A DNA stretch of 64,000 bases from an uncultured delta proteobacterium (GTDB lineage: Bacteria; Desulfobacterota; RBG-13-43-22). The position numbers were made by a program, and so were the translations under genes. The stretch lies in assembly GCA_963843145.1 (NCBI GenBank), contig CAWJJC010000005.1, forward strand, positions 128,001 to 192,000. The letters run 5' to 3'. Under the pieces are notes generated by a model. The model ran no database searches. It was not told the DNA's origin and was given only the letters and a program-made list of their open reading frames with translations. Below, piece after piece: positions 1 through 10,268 of the stretch (position 1 is its first letter; every line of letters begins with the position of its first letter).

Positions 1-628
1 AGGGGCTATAGACGACCTGGTTGAAAATGGCGTATTTATCATTTTGTGAGGGGAAAAAGCCATCCGCGTCATTGCCCCAGCGCTTGAGCTTGGTCAGGTC
101 CACCGCGTATCTCATGGAAAGGTTCGTCCGGGCACCTTTATGCCTCGATGCACCGTAATGGTAGTTCATGAGAGAACTTGCCCTGCCGTTGCCGCCTTCA
201 AAGACCGCGTATACTCCATTCTTAAAGGGGAACGCCAGATTGACGGGTGCCTCGTCATAGAAATAAGCCCGAATCGCACCCACAGACAAATAGATCAACC
301 CGACCGAGATGATCACCCCCGCTCCGTATCCGACCCAGCCAAGGATAGGGGGAGTGACGAAGAAGGGCAGATTTCTCAGGTGCAGAAGAACCCGTATGGC
401 TGCCGCAATGGTGAGGACGAGGACCGCATAGCGTACATAGAAGCTGGCAAAGACCCATGCCCCCAGCAAAAAGATAAATGTGGTGTAAGAAATGAGGACC
501 AGCAACTGAATACCCAAGGCCGTGATACTGGTGTAACTTCTGGCCCAGGTCCACAAGATCAAGGTGAACGGGATTACGAAATGAAGTGCACCGATTAAGG
601 TCAGCATAGTGAAATAGCCGAAGCGCAT
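1..628 (-). CDS. Membrane-anchored M23-family metallopeptidase (3' end outside window)
   Basis: Not in ORF track. ATG at 628 with RBS CAGGAG, open to the window edge. Reads MRFGYFTMLTLIG..., several hydrophobic helices, then NLAFPFKNGVYAVFEGGNG...NYH...RYAVDLTK...YAIFNQVVYSP, typical of the start of an M23 domain. Confidence 0.7.
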   Translation of the reverse strand, partial: MRFGYFTMLTLIGALHFVIPFTLILWTWARSYTSITALGIQLLVLISYTTFIFLLGAWVFASFYVRYAVLVLTIAAAIRVLLHLRNLPFFVTPPILGWVGYGAGVIISVGLIYLSVGAIRAYFYDEAPVNLAFPFKNGVYAVFEGGNGRASSLMNYHYGASRHKGARTNLSMRYAVDLTKLKRWGNDADGFFPSQNDKYAIFNQVVYSP

Positions 629-665
629 GTATTTCTCCTGCCTGGAAGTTTCAAATAAGGAATAA

Positions 666-1874
666 TCAAATCACAGAGAATAATTCGTCGGCGGTGGTCA
701 GCTTTTCCGCACCGGCCGGGGTGACCACTACGGTATTCTCCAACCCCACGGCACCCTCTTTCAGGACGATCTTCAATTCCAGGGCCGCGGTCATGCCCTC
801 CTCCAGCGGGTAGCGATGGCCGGAGGCCAGGAAGGGGAATTCATCGATTTCCAAGCCGACTCCATGCCCGACATAACTGACCTGCTGGCCGGCAGGTCCC
901 AGGAAACTGTCCTGGTAACCTAACCGCTCGGCCTGCCGGCAAGCGAGTTGATACAGGTCTTCCGCGGCGACGCCCGGACGAATGGCCTTCAAAAGAATGG
1001 CTTCAATCTCCCGCAAGACATCATAGGCCCTCAATACCTCCGGGTCCGGCCTCCCTAGAGAAAACATACGGGTCTGGTCCGCCTGGTAGCCGTTCCAGCA
1101 GGTCCCGAAATCGACCAGGACCGATTCCCCCGGTTCAATGGTCTTTAGGCTGGCCCCGATCGGAAAGGCCGGCCCCAGGCCCAGCCCGGCAAAAGGGGCG
1201 TCATTCCCGCTGAGATAGGCCCCGTTGGAACCGCTGATCAGGTGCCAGTTAAAAGCGGTGTTGTTAAATCCCCGGGCTCGCAGGAGGTTCAGGTTTCCCA
1301 GGGCCAGGGCGCATTCGTTCAACTTCCCGGCCAGGGCAATTTCACTGATACCGGGTTTTAATAATTCCGGTATCTTTTGATAGACCCGCCGGCCGATATC
1401 TCCCGCCTTTTTCATCAGCGCCCGTTCAAAATCCGATTTCACCGCCCGCAGCCGCCGCACAGCCGGACCGATATCGATGGCCTCTTTCCAGCCCAAGAGA
1501 TTTTCAAGAAACCGGAATGTGGCCACCGGCAGGACATCCAGTTCCAATCCCAACCGCTCCGGAGATCGAAAACCATAATCCCGCAGGGCTTCGGCCAGGC
1601 GGCCCGTTGAAGCCAGGGGTTCAATCCGCGTCAGGGGGGATTCCGCCCGGGCCCGAGGAAGATATTTCTTGACCAGGAAGAGCGGCTCCCCCAGGGCGGG
1701 AATAAACAGAAATCCATTGGACATGGTCCCGCTGAAATAATAAAGATCCACCTGCTGGTAAATCAAGGCCCCTTCAAGGTTCAGTTCCCCTAATTTTTCT
1801 TGAAACGCGGAGATCCGCCGGGCAATTTCGGTCCGAGGAGTTAACAGGGATTGATAGAAATCCGGAAAATTCAT
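666..1874 (-). CDS. Xaa-Pro aminopeptidase (M24 family)
   Basis: Creatinase-N domain plus metal ligands VDFG..YQADQTR, GHGVGLEIDE, LELK, GLENT. ATG at 1874 after GAGGA. Confidence 0.9.
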   Translation of the reverse strand: MNFPDFYQSLLTPRTEIARRISAFQEKLGELNLEGALIYQQVDLYYFSGTMSNGFLFIPALGEPLFLVKKYLPRARAESPLTRIEPLASTGRLAEALRDYGFRSPERLGLELDVLPVATFRFLENLLGWKEAIDIGPAVRRLRAVKSDFERALMKKAGDIGRRVYQKIPELLKPGISEIALAGKLNECALALGNLNLLRARGFNNTAFNWHLISGSNGAYLSGNDAPFAGLGLGPAFPIGASLKTIEPGESVLVDFGTCWNGYQADQTRMFSLGRPDPEVLRAYDVLREIEAILLKAIRPGVAAEDLYQLACRQAERLGYQDSFLGPAGQQVSYVGHGVGLEIDEFPFLASGHRYPLEEGMTAALELKIVLKEGAVGLENTVVVTPAGAEKLTTADELFSVI

Positions 1875-1981
1875 AGATCGTTCCTCTTTCAATAGGCCAT
1901 CAAATTTATTTTCTTGACATCATGATATCTGAAATATTATTGATTGTAAATCATGGAATATCAAATAGATATATATTTTGG

Positions 1982-2157
1982 CCCCCCATACCCGGGGTGG
2001 GCACCCCGAAGCATGTAAATATCTGGTATACCGGTCATTGCGAGGAGCGAAGAGACAAAGCAATCCCCCAGTTGGCTTACAACGTTCCCCAAGTTCAATC
2101 GGGGATTGCTTCGCTTCGCTCGCAATGACCGGGGATGCGGGGTCATTTTCGTACTAA
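1982..2157 (+). mobile_element. Shell repeat copy A with GTCATTGCGAG...CTCGCAATGAC palindromic cargo
   Basis: Left end CCCCCATACCCGGGGTGGGCACCCCGAAGCATGTAAAT, right end ATTTTCGTACTAA; same ends recur more than 10 times in the window. Confidence 0.75.
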
Positions 2158-2184
2158 ACGGCCATAACCTGATTGGAGAAAGAA

Positions 2185-2631
2185 ATGAAAATCAACAAGA
2201 TGGATCATATCTGCGTCGCCGTCAAAGACCTGAACGCGGCCAAGAAGGACTGGGAACTCCTTTTGGGGAAATCCGGCCCGGACGACGCCTATGTGGATGA
2301 ACGGGAAAAGATCCGGGTGGCCCGTTACTGGGTCGGAGAGATCGGCTTTGAACTCATGGAATCCACCACCCCCGACGGCGAGGTGGCCAAGTTCATCGAA
2401 AAACGGGGCGAAGGGGTCATGCTCATCAGCTTCAACGTGAACAATACCCGCCAGGCGGTAGAAGACCTCAAAGGAAAAGGCTTCCCTTTTATCCCGGATT
2501 CCAGAGGAGAAATCGCCCGTCCCTTTCGGGACTGCGAGTTCGCCTTTATCCAGCCCAAGAAACTCAACGGGGTGCTGACCGAGATCATCGACTACAGGCG
2601 GGACGAACTAGAACCAAAAGATAAGCCTTAA
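2185..2631 (+). CDS. VOC-family protein, methylmalonyl-CoA epimerase-like
   Basis: DHICVAVKDL, FELMEST..GEVAKFIEKRGEG, AFIQPKKLNGVLTE. RBS GGAG. Confidence 0.8.
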   Translation: MKINKMDHICVAVKDLNAAKKDWELLLGKSGPDDAYVDEREKIRVARYWVGEIGFELMESTTPDGEVAKFIEKRGEGVMLISFNVNNTRQAVEDLKGKGFPFIPDSRGEIARPFRDCEFAFIQPKKLNGVLTEIIDYRRDELEPKDKP

Positions 2632-2784
2632 AATTTATAACTGAAATAATTCTTGGCAAGGTTGGCCTGGCCTGATAAGTACCATAATTCACAGATACCC
2701 TGAACTTGTAGTTTTTTATTGACTTTTTACATTTTTTTTAATATACAACTTTAACTTTATCAAAAAAACAATTTTGGAGGCCCA

Positions 2785-3408
2785 ATGACCAAGAAAATCC
2801 TAAGCCTGCTATTACTTCCCCTGTTGCTCCTCATGTTACCGGCGACCGGTTGCCAATATTGGGACAATTGGACTAACTCCGGCGGAAGCTCCAGTTCCAA
2901 TTCCGGGACCAGTTCCACGAGCCAGGCGGAACAACCGCACGGGCAGGATACGGTAAATTTAATGGAAAGAACGCCCTTCAATGGCAAGGATCTCGATCCC
3001 GCCTTCTGGAGTAAAATGGAGGCCTACTGCAAGGCCGGGCCGACCAAACTGATCCTGGCCGACCTGAATGCAGTCCCGAATCAAATGACCCGGGCCGGAT
3101 TTCCCGGATTCTGGAAGGCGCAACTCTATGCCCTGGCCACCACCTACGCGGGCATGAACTGGTCCCCTTCTGTCATTGATCTCCGGGATTTGTATCAACA
3201 GCGTGGTGATATAAACGCCTGGTGGTCCCGGTATATGGGCGCCGTCTTGCAACTTATGCAGAAGGCCCCGCAGACCACGGCGCTCATCATTGTCAACGAC
3301 GGCCCGGACCGGGTGGGCTTCCGTCTCGGCCCCGCCATGCAGAGGCAAATGGGATCCGTTGCCGGCCGCGTTCAGCTCGGGTCCACCGTCCCCGAGTCTC
3401 AGTATTAA
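2785..3408 (+). CDS. Hypothetical lipoprotein
   Basis: RBS GGAGG, signal peptide with lipobox-like ATGC, Ser/Gly-rich linker. Stop codon coincides with the left end of shell repeat B. Confidence 0.65.
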   Translation: MTKKILSLLLLPLLLLMLPATGCQYWDNWTNSGGSSSSNSGTSSTSQAEQPHGQDTVNLMERTPFNGKDLDPAFWSKMEAYCKAGPTKLILADLNAVPNQMTRAGFPGFWKAQLYALATTYAGMNWSPSVIDLRDLYQQRGDINAWWSRYMGAVLQLMQKAPQTTALIIVNDGPDRVGFRLGPAMQRQMGSVAGRVQLGSTVPESQY

Positions 3409-3573
3409 ACCCTCATACCCGGGGTGGGCATCCCGAAGCATGAAAATAATAGGGCCGATACAACTAATTAACCCCTTGATATTAATAAATCAATAATCAA
3501 TTGATTCAATTAATCAATTATGATTATTGATTATTGGCCCTTTTGCAGGTCATGGAGTCTATTTTCGTATTAA
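3406..3573 (+). mobile_element. Shell repeat copy B with AT-rich AATCAAT/ATTGATT heptamer cargo
   Basis: Same left and right ends as copy A. Cargo is homologous to the reverse copy at 37067-37223. Confidence 0.75.
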
Positions 3574-3658
3574 CGCAACAACCTCCCCCCAACCCAAATC
3601 GTCTCCGTATCCTATAATCGCCCGGCGCTGAGCGCTTCGCACCGGGCGCCCGGCGCCT

Positions 3659-4528
3659 TCAAAGCGCCCGCATCCATTCCGGCCGTAATCCCACCTCCCC
3701 CTTGACGGCTTTGGCGATCAACCTTAAGGCCGGTTCTTTGCCTTCAGGATAACGGACTTTTATGGGCAGGTAATTGGAGGCGTGGTTGGAATAAAACAGC
3801 CCCCTAGAAAGCTGGGTGGCCGAAACCATCTCTCCCAGCTCCAGCAGGAATTCCTGCACCTCTAAAGGCTGAAATCCGCCTTCCGCGTATTCCCGACCCA
3901 GTTCGGTATTCGGTAAAACCATGACTGTCAGGGCGCCCACAAAGTCGGGGTCCATTTCGGTCAGCAACCGGCCCGTTTCCCGGGCATGTTCCCGGGACAA
4001 GGCCTTTCCGCCGATGCCCAGCAGCACCGTGACCGAGAGCCGGATCCCGGCCGCCTTGATCCTTTTCCCCTGTTGGATCAGGTTTTCAGCCGAAGTCCCT
4101 TTGCAGATCTTTTTCAACAGTTCCGGATGTCCGGTCTCCACCCCCAGATAAACTATCCCCAACCCCAGTTCCTTCAGTTGCCGCAACTCCTCGTCCGTCT
4201 TCATTTTGATGCTCTTGGCATTGGCATAAAGGCCAATCCGCCGAACCCAGGGGAGGTGCTCCCGGATCTGTTCCAGGATCCAAACCAATCGCTTCTGGGG
4301 GATGATCAGGGCGTCCCCGTCCATCAGAAAAACCCGGTCCTGCCGCCGGCAATACCGGGAGGCGAAGAGGATATCCTTCAGGATCCGTTCATCCTTTTTG
4401 ATCCGGAACCGCTTATCCTTGTAAGTCCCGCAAAAGGAACATTTATTATGCGAACAGCCGACCGTCACCTGCAACAGGATGCTGTCGGCTTCGCTGGGGG
4501 GACGAATCACCATCCCCTCGTATTCCAT
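3659..4528 (-). CDS. Radical SAM protein
   Basis: MEYEGMVIRPPSEA...GCSHNKCSFC (CX3CX2C), YLGVETG, SNHASNYLP. Start chosen at the ATG after GGAAG. Confidence 0.88.
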   Translation of the reverse strand: MEYEGMVIRPPSEADSILLQVTVGCSHNKCSFCGTYKDKRFRIKKDERILKDILFASRYCRRQDRVFLMDGDALIIPQKRLVWILEQIREHLPWVRRIGLYANAKSIKMKTDEELRQLKELGLGIVYLGVETGHPELLKKICKGTSAENLIQQGKRIKAAGIRLSVTVLLGIGGKALSREHARETGRLLTEMDPDFVGALTVMVLPNTELGREYAEGGFQPLEVQEFLLELGEMVSATQLSRGLFYSNHASNYLPIKVRYPEGKEPALRLIAKAVKGEVGLRPEWMRAL

Positions 4529-4828
4529 CTCGTCTTCCTCGATCGAATCGTTCATGACGGTACTCCTAACCGCGTACGATATATCCGCTGATTCATAATT
4601 TACTATGATTCTGATAAAAGGTAAACCCTTAACAATTTTTGTCAAAACTTGACATTTATTGGCAAAGATTTTCCAGCAGTAGTCCTCGAAATCCCGACTG
4701 GCGTTTTAATCTATCGTTTTAATTATGTTTATTATTTATAAGCTTTGGCCTTCATTTTGCTTCTCATTAAGTCGATACATATAATTAAACTATACAGGAT
4801 CAGAAACCAATTGACGAAAATACTGAAA

Positions 4829-5311
4829 ATGAGAACACCTTGCATCAGACCGCCCAGAACCCTAATCCTTCGAAGAAGGAAGGCCTTTACCCTGATCGAA
4901 ACGTTAATAGTGGTGGCCATCATCGGCATAGTAAGCGCTATCGCCATCCCCCAAATGGGAATACTCATGAATAGGTATCGTCTGGATGGGGCTACCCGAT
5001 TGATCTGGGCCGATCTACAAAATGCCAGAATGACGGCCATTAAAGAAAACAGATCCATAAGGGCCCAATTTGACTTTCTGGCCCACACCTATAGTGTTAC
5101 CCGGGTAGATACAGGGGAAACTATCCTGACCAGAAATCTTAACGGAGAGTACCCTGCTGTTTCGGCCCAAGAAACCAATGGGGGGACCATTACCTTTACC
5201 TCCACAGGGGTGACTTTGAACAATCTCAATACCTCGGTCATCACCACTGGACCATCGGGAACTAAAACCATTGACATAAAAGAGACAGGAAGGATTTCGA
5301 TCATTTCATGA
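4829..5311 (+). CDS. GspH/FimT-family minor pilin
   Basis: Class III signal AFTLIETLIVVAIIGI, LQNARMTAIKENR, C-terminal TGRI. Confidence 0.85.
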   Translation: MRTPCIRPPRTLILRRRKAFTLIETLIVVAIIGIVSAIAIPQMGILMNRYRLDGATRLIWADLQNARMTAIKENRSIRAQFDFLAHTYSVTRVDTGETILTRNLNGEYPAVSAQETNGGTITFTSTGVTLNNLNTSVITTGPSGTKTIDIKETGRISIIS

Positions 5312-5757
5312 TGGATCAATCTAAAAACCCCAAAGGATTTACACTGATAGAGTTCATGGTGGCCCTGCTTATCCTGGTAGTCGGGGTCCTTAGTTTGGGA
5401 GGCCTGCAAGTTACGGCTATAAAAGGAAACCTGGCCTCAAAAAACTTAACCACGGCGAATATCCTGGCCGAGAGAAAAGTGGAAGAGTTTAAGACCACCG
5501 CTACCTCTCACGACGGTTTTGTCAAGCCCGTCCTGGCCCTGATGAACAACCATGCGGATCCCAATAATCCCTTAAACTCAGACGGACTGGGGGGGAATGG
5601 GAATACCGGGAGGATCTTCAACCGCGCCTGGACCATAGAAACCTATGCCGGATCTGCAAATATGAAAAGAATAATCGTAACCGTTACCTGGCCGGAAGGG
5701 GGACGAACACGTTCCACCTCTATGGACACGGTAATTGCCGACCCGAACCCGGTATAA
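5308..5757 (+). CDS. pilV: PilV-like minor pilin
   Basis: GFTLIEFMVALLILVVGVLSLGGLQ, FNRAWTI, KRIIVTVTW. Confidence 0.82.
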   Translation: MMDQSKNPKGFTLIEFMVALLILVVGVLSLGGLQVTAIKGNLASKNLTTANILAERKVEEFKTTATSHDGFVKPVLALMNNHADPNNPLNSDGLGGNGNTGRIFNRAWTIETYAGSANMKRIIVTVTWPEGGRTRSTSMDTVIADPNPV

Positions 5758-5767
5758 TGGCCACGCC

Positions 5768-6322
5768 ATGAAAACGTCCAGAGGATTTACAATAACTGAA
5801 CTGCTGCTCACCCTGGGACTTACCGTTTTGTTCCTGGCCACGGTCGGCGGCGTCTTCATCAACTCCAATAAGAGCCGAGCCTCCCAAAACTTATCCATAG
5901 ATATGCAGCAAAATGCCAGATCCGTGGTTGAACTTGCCCTGCGGGAGATCAGAAGTCTGAAAACCATTTCCTGTATGGAGAATACCAGCAATCCCTGTTC
6001 CGGAAGCGATAAAATCTCTTTTACCTCGGTCACAGACACGGACACGCGTATATTCTCCTGGACTTCAGACCCCAATAGTCCAAATTCCCTTGTCTTACAA
6101 TTCAGCAAGGCCGTGGCGGGAACCCCTGCCAGGCAGGAATTGGCCAAAAACATTAGCCTTTTTTCACTCACACCTTTCGATGGGAATAACAACCCCACGA
6201 GCAATCTCGCCTCAATCAAAAGGATAGATGTAAAAATCACGGCCCGATCGGCCACTGTGGATCCCATGAGTCAGGTCTATAAATACTACCCCACCACCGA
6301 AACAGTAAGCATTAGGAATTAA
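5768..6322 (+). CDS. pilW: PilW-like minor pilin
   Basis: GFTITELLL...MQQNARSVVELALREIR; C-terminal V.IRN. Confidence 0.8.
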   Translation: MKTSRGFTITELLLTLGLTVLFLATVGGVFINSNKSRASQNLSIDMQQNARSVVELALREIRSLKTISCMENTSNPCSGSDKISFTSVTDTDTRIFSWTSDPNSPNSLVLQFSKAVAGTPARQELAKNISLFSLTPFDGNNNPTSNLASIKRIDVKITARSATVDPMSQVYKYYPTTETVSIRN

Positions 6323-6334
6323 AGGAGGTTCCAG

Positions 6335-7522
6335 ATGAACACGCCCATGAATAACCAAAAGGGAATAGCCCTCATCACTGCACTCCTCATATTATTATCC
6401 CTTACCGTTATTGGGATTGTAGCGGTTAATTCTTCTAATATTGAAACGCTGATCACCACCAATACCAAGGTTTCGAAGCAGGCCTTTTTTCTGGCTGAAG
6501 CCGGGGTCCAGGAAGGCAAAGAAACGTTAAGAAAACGAATTCTGGATGATCACAGTACTCTGGACGCTCAAATCAATCTGGTCAAGGGCCCGGACGGCAT
6601 TCTGGAAACGGCCGATGATCTCCCTTTTCTCAGTAAGACTCTCGGGGTCGGGAGTTATATTGTCAAATTAACGGAACGCAGCGGAAAGAATATAACCCTT
6701 ACTTCCACAGGTTCCGGTCCCCTCAATTCCAGGGCCGTTGTCAAACTGACGGTTAATGTGGACATCACTCCCGGCACACAGGATCAAACCACCACCACCA
6801 CCGTAATCCATCCCGCTTTTGGGGTAGGGATCCTTACCAATGGGGACCTGAGGGTCAATGGGTCTTCCAATATCAACGGGGGCACCCATACCAACGGTGA
6901 TACCCGGTTTAACGGCAGCGGCACGGTTACCGGTACCGTCAGCGCCCATGGCTACGATCACCACCAACGGCACCTGGAATACCGGAGCGAAGACCCCTAA
7001 TGGCGCTACGGTCGATGTCCCCTCGGTTACGGATACCTGGTTGGCCAATTAAAGACTGCTGCCCAGACCGCGGGTACTTACCACAGCGGCAATTTCAATT
7101 TCAACGGCTCCGGCGACCTGGGGGGTCAGATCATTTTTGCGGAGGGGAATTTGACCCTTAACGGTTCCGTCATCAACGGGACTATCGTGGCCACCGGTAA
7201 CGTGACCATTAACGGCTCCTCCCAGATCAACGGCAACGGGGTCATCGGCACGGCCATTGTGGCCCAGGGAAACATCACCATGAATGGCTCCAGCGACAGC
7301 TATGGGGCCTTCTGGAGCAACGGCAGCTTTGTCCAAAATGGGTCCAGCCGGGTCGTCGGCTCCATTGTCAGCATAGGAGATATTACTCGAAACGGCAGTT
7401 TTAATTTCACCGCCAACAACAACATCCAAAACGACAACCTGCCGACGGTCACCACCACAGTCACGATCCCCGGCAACCCCGGCAGCAACACGTTTGCAGT
7501 CGTGGGCTGGAAGCAGGGATAA
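6335..7522 (+). CDS. pilX: PilX-like minor pilin with Asn/Gly-rich beta-solenoid insert (two compensating frameshifts)
   Basis: GIALITALLILLSLTVIG, AFFLAEAG. A +1 indel near 6953 and a -1 indel near 7050 restore the frame into 7151-7522, which ends VVGWKQG. Confidence 0.75.
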
Positions 7523-7647
7523 ATTCAATCAGGACCCATTCGCCTGAACTCGAGGGACTCCCGGAGTTTTATTGTTCCGGGAAAAGGAAAAACCCCCGCC
7601 ACTTATTTCATATTTAATTCCCCGGATTGTTTTGCCGATAACTTAAT

Positions 7648-7852
7648 TAAGCCCCCATGCCCGGGGCGGGCATTTGCGAAGCATGAAAATAGACTTTAAA
7701 CGAGTCGAGTCATCTCGTCATTCCGGACAAGCGAAGCGCGATCCGGAATCCAGGCCGCGGCTAAGCTTCATAGGATCTGGATGCCGGATCGAGTCCGGCA
7801 TGACGGCAAAAACAAATGCCCAAGGTGACGCCTGACTTTATTTTCATACTAA
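7648..7852 (+). mobile_element. Shell repeat copy C with GTCATTCCGG...CCGGCATGAC cargo
   Basis: CCCCCATGCCCGGGGCGGGCA..GAAGCATGAAAATA ... TATTTTCATACTAA. Confidence 0.75.
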
Positions 7853-7871
7853 GTACCTATAGAGGGGACCT

Positions 7872-9759
7872 ATGAAACCAGCATCAAGAATAATTCTATC
7901 GGCTCTTCTGATTCTTATTGGCACCTATCCCCTGGGGGCTCGCAGTTCCTGGGCCTTCAATTTTCAAGTAGATAGCTTTGAAGATGCGGTGGAGGCCAAT
8001 CCCGGCGATACCTTCTGCCAAGCCCAGAACGGCAAATGCACTTTACGGGCTGCCATCCAGGAAGCCAATTCCTTCCCCATTCAACATAATATCGCCCTGC
8101 CCGCCGGAACCTACATCCTGTCCTTGGGAGAACTCCTGGTTAAAGAGAATATCACGATCAACGGTACGATAAACGAATCAGGGCAGGCCATCACCATAAT
8201 TGACGGAAACAATGCCTCCCGGATCTTCAAAGTCGCCGAGGGGACACCCTTGACCCTCAACAGCCTGAAGCTTCAAAACGGAGCCCATACCGCCGATGGG
8301 CCCAAATCCGGAGGTAGTGCGATCTTTAACCTAGGAACGGTGATGGCGCTTAATGTGACCCTGACGGCTAACCAGGGGAATAGACGCCGGTGGGAATGTA
8401 AGCTATGGCGGTGGAATTTTTAATGGCGGGTCTTTGACGTTAAATTATTGCACCTTGATTGGCAACCAGGCCGGTAATGGGGGCGGCCTTTATAATAACG
8501 GCACGGCAACGATTAAAAATCTAACTTTTAAAGATAATATTGCCGGTTCCGGATCCGGAATTGGAGGTGGCATCTATAATAGCGGCACCTTAACCCTTGA
8601 AAAATCTACCATCAATGGGTCCGCGGCCGGCACCGGTGGAGGACTTTATAATGACGGTATCATGGACCTGACCAATGATACTCTCAACGGAAACAGCGCA
8701 ACCGGTTCCGGAGGCGGCATCTATAATGGTTCGATAACAGCCGCAGGCGTTGTAGCGCAAGCCACTTTGACCAATGTGACCCTCAGTAATAATTCGGCCG
8801 CTAATGGGGGCGGGGGGGGCATCTTTAATAAGACCGACAATACCATTTATATCAAGAACACCATCATTGCTAACAGCACCGGAGGAAATTGTGCCGTGAG
8901 CCAAGCCTTAAACTCCTTTGGCTTTAATCTCGACGACGAATTGTATAGTGCCTGTGGGCTCCCACAAGCGAACGATCTATACCCTCACAACCCGGACCTG
9001 GGAGCATTACAGGACAATGGGGGACCAACCTTTACTCGGGAACTGGGCTACATCCTTGCGAAAAATGTCGGGACTGGCTGTCCGGCCACCGACCAGAGAG
9101 GGTACCCTCGCCTTCCGGCCGCCTGCGACATCGGCGCCTTTGAGGATACCACCGACAATCCCGTTCCGGCCATTACTACCCTGTTCCCCAATACGAAACC
9201 GGAAGGTGATCCGGATTTTACCCTGACGGTGAACGGCTATACTTATACTCCTTTCTTGAAAGGATTATCGACAGTCCTTTGGAATGGGAGCCCCAGAACA
9301 ACAACCTTTCAGCGCGCCTCCCAGCTTACAGCCGCCATAACCGCAGCCGACCTGCTCGTGGCCGGACCCGTCAAGGTCACGGTTGAAAATCCGGGGTCGG
9401 GAGGGGGGATATCGAACGAGGTGATCTTTACCGTTACCCGCACCAATCCCTTTCCGACGATTACCACCCTCAGCCCCGCTACGCGCCCGGCCGGCGGACC
9501 CGACTTCACCCTGATGGTGGACGGCAGTAATTTTGTGGATCAATCATCGGTGGTCCGCTGGAATGGGATCGCCAGGCCGACGACTTTCTTAAGCGACTCC
9601 CAGCTTACGGCCGACATCCCGGCGGCCGACCTGGCCGCAATGGGCACGGCCTCGGTCACGGTCTCCAATTCGCCTCCGGGCGGGGGGATCTCGGATCCGC
9701 CGGCCACCTTCACCATCGGCCCTCCCATTCTATACCTGCCCATAATAATGAGAAATTAG
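7872..9759 (+). CDS. Secreted CSLREA / polymorphic-repeat / choice-of-anchor Q protein with two IPT-TIG domains (one +1 frameshift near 8378)
   Basis: Signal peptide, CTLRAAIQEAN, GGG(I/L)YN repeats, LGALQDNGGPT..CPATDQRG..CDIGAFE, two P.ITTL.P...FTL.V.G..F Ig-like repeats. An extra G in a GGGG run joins the two ORFs. Confidence 0.8.
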
Positions 9760-9848
9760 GGCTGGCGAAATCTGTGGGTTCGTTTGGGATTTTGTGCGGC
9801 CCAATGGGGACGTTTTGATGGGAGTATTTGGCGGAAATTGATTGAGAT

Positions 9849-10028
9849 GCAGGGTAGATTTGCGTGTACGAGTACGTGTACGAGTAAGGAACCCCATAAT
9901 GATCAAACGGTTTGATCATGAGCGTCTAAGCGGATGCTGTTGCCGGACAGCGAAGCCTAATAGAAGAATAGTGGAGCAGGAGTGGTGACACCCTGCTCGT
10001 ACACTCACTCGTACACGCCTATCTCTCT
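9849..10028. repeat. GTGTACGAGT hexamer-based inverted repeat element
   Basis: GCGTGTACGAGTACGTGTACGAGT ... CTCGTACACTCACTCGTACACGC. An inverted homologue lies at 27042-27179. Confidence 0.65.
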
Positions 10029-10268
10029 TGGGGGTTTGGCAAAGGTCTCTGGCCTGCAGCGATTCAGCATCCACAAATTCTGCTGTCCTTAATCTCCCCC
10101 TCGGCTCCCCTTTCCATTGACCCCTCCCCCTAATTCCACTATAATCCCCCAATTGAAGTGCGCTCCGGCCTAAGCCTCTTTGACGGAATCGCCGACGATA
10201 GCGCATTTCGTCATTCGAAATTCAGTGTTCGATATTCGTTTTTGTTTTCATCCATAGGAAACCCCATT

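Noticed and set aside
140-598. Plus-strand 152-aa ORF
   Set aside because: Antisense shadow of the minus-strand M23 peptidase that runs off the window.
3659-4528. First radical SAM gene as a RiPP maturase
   Set aside because: No RRE or SPASM domain and no adjacent precursor-like ORF.
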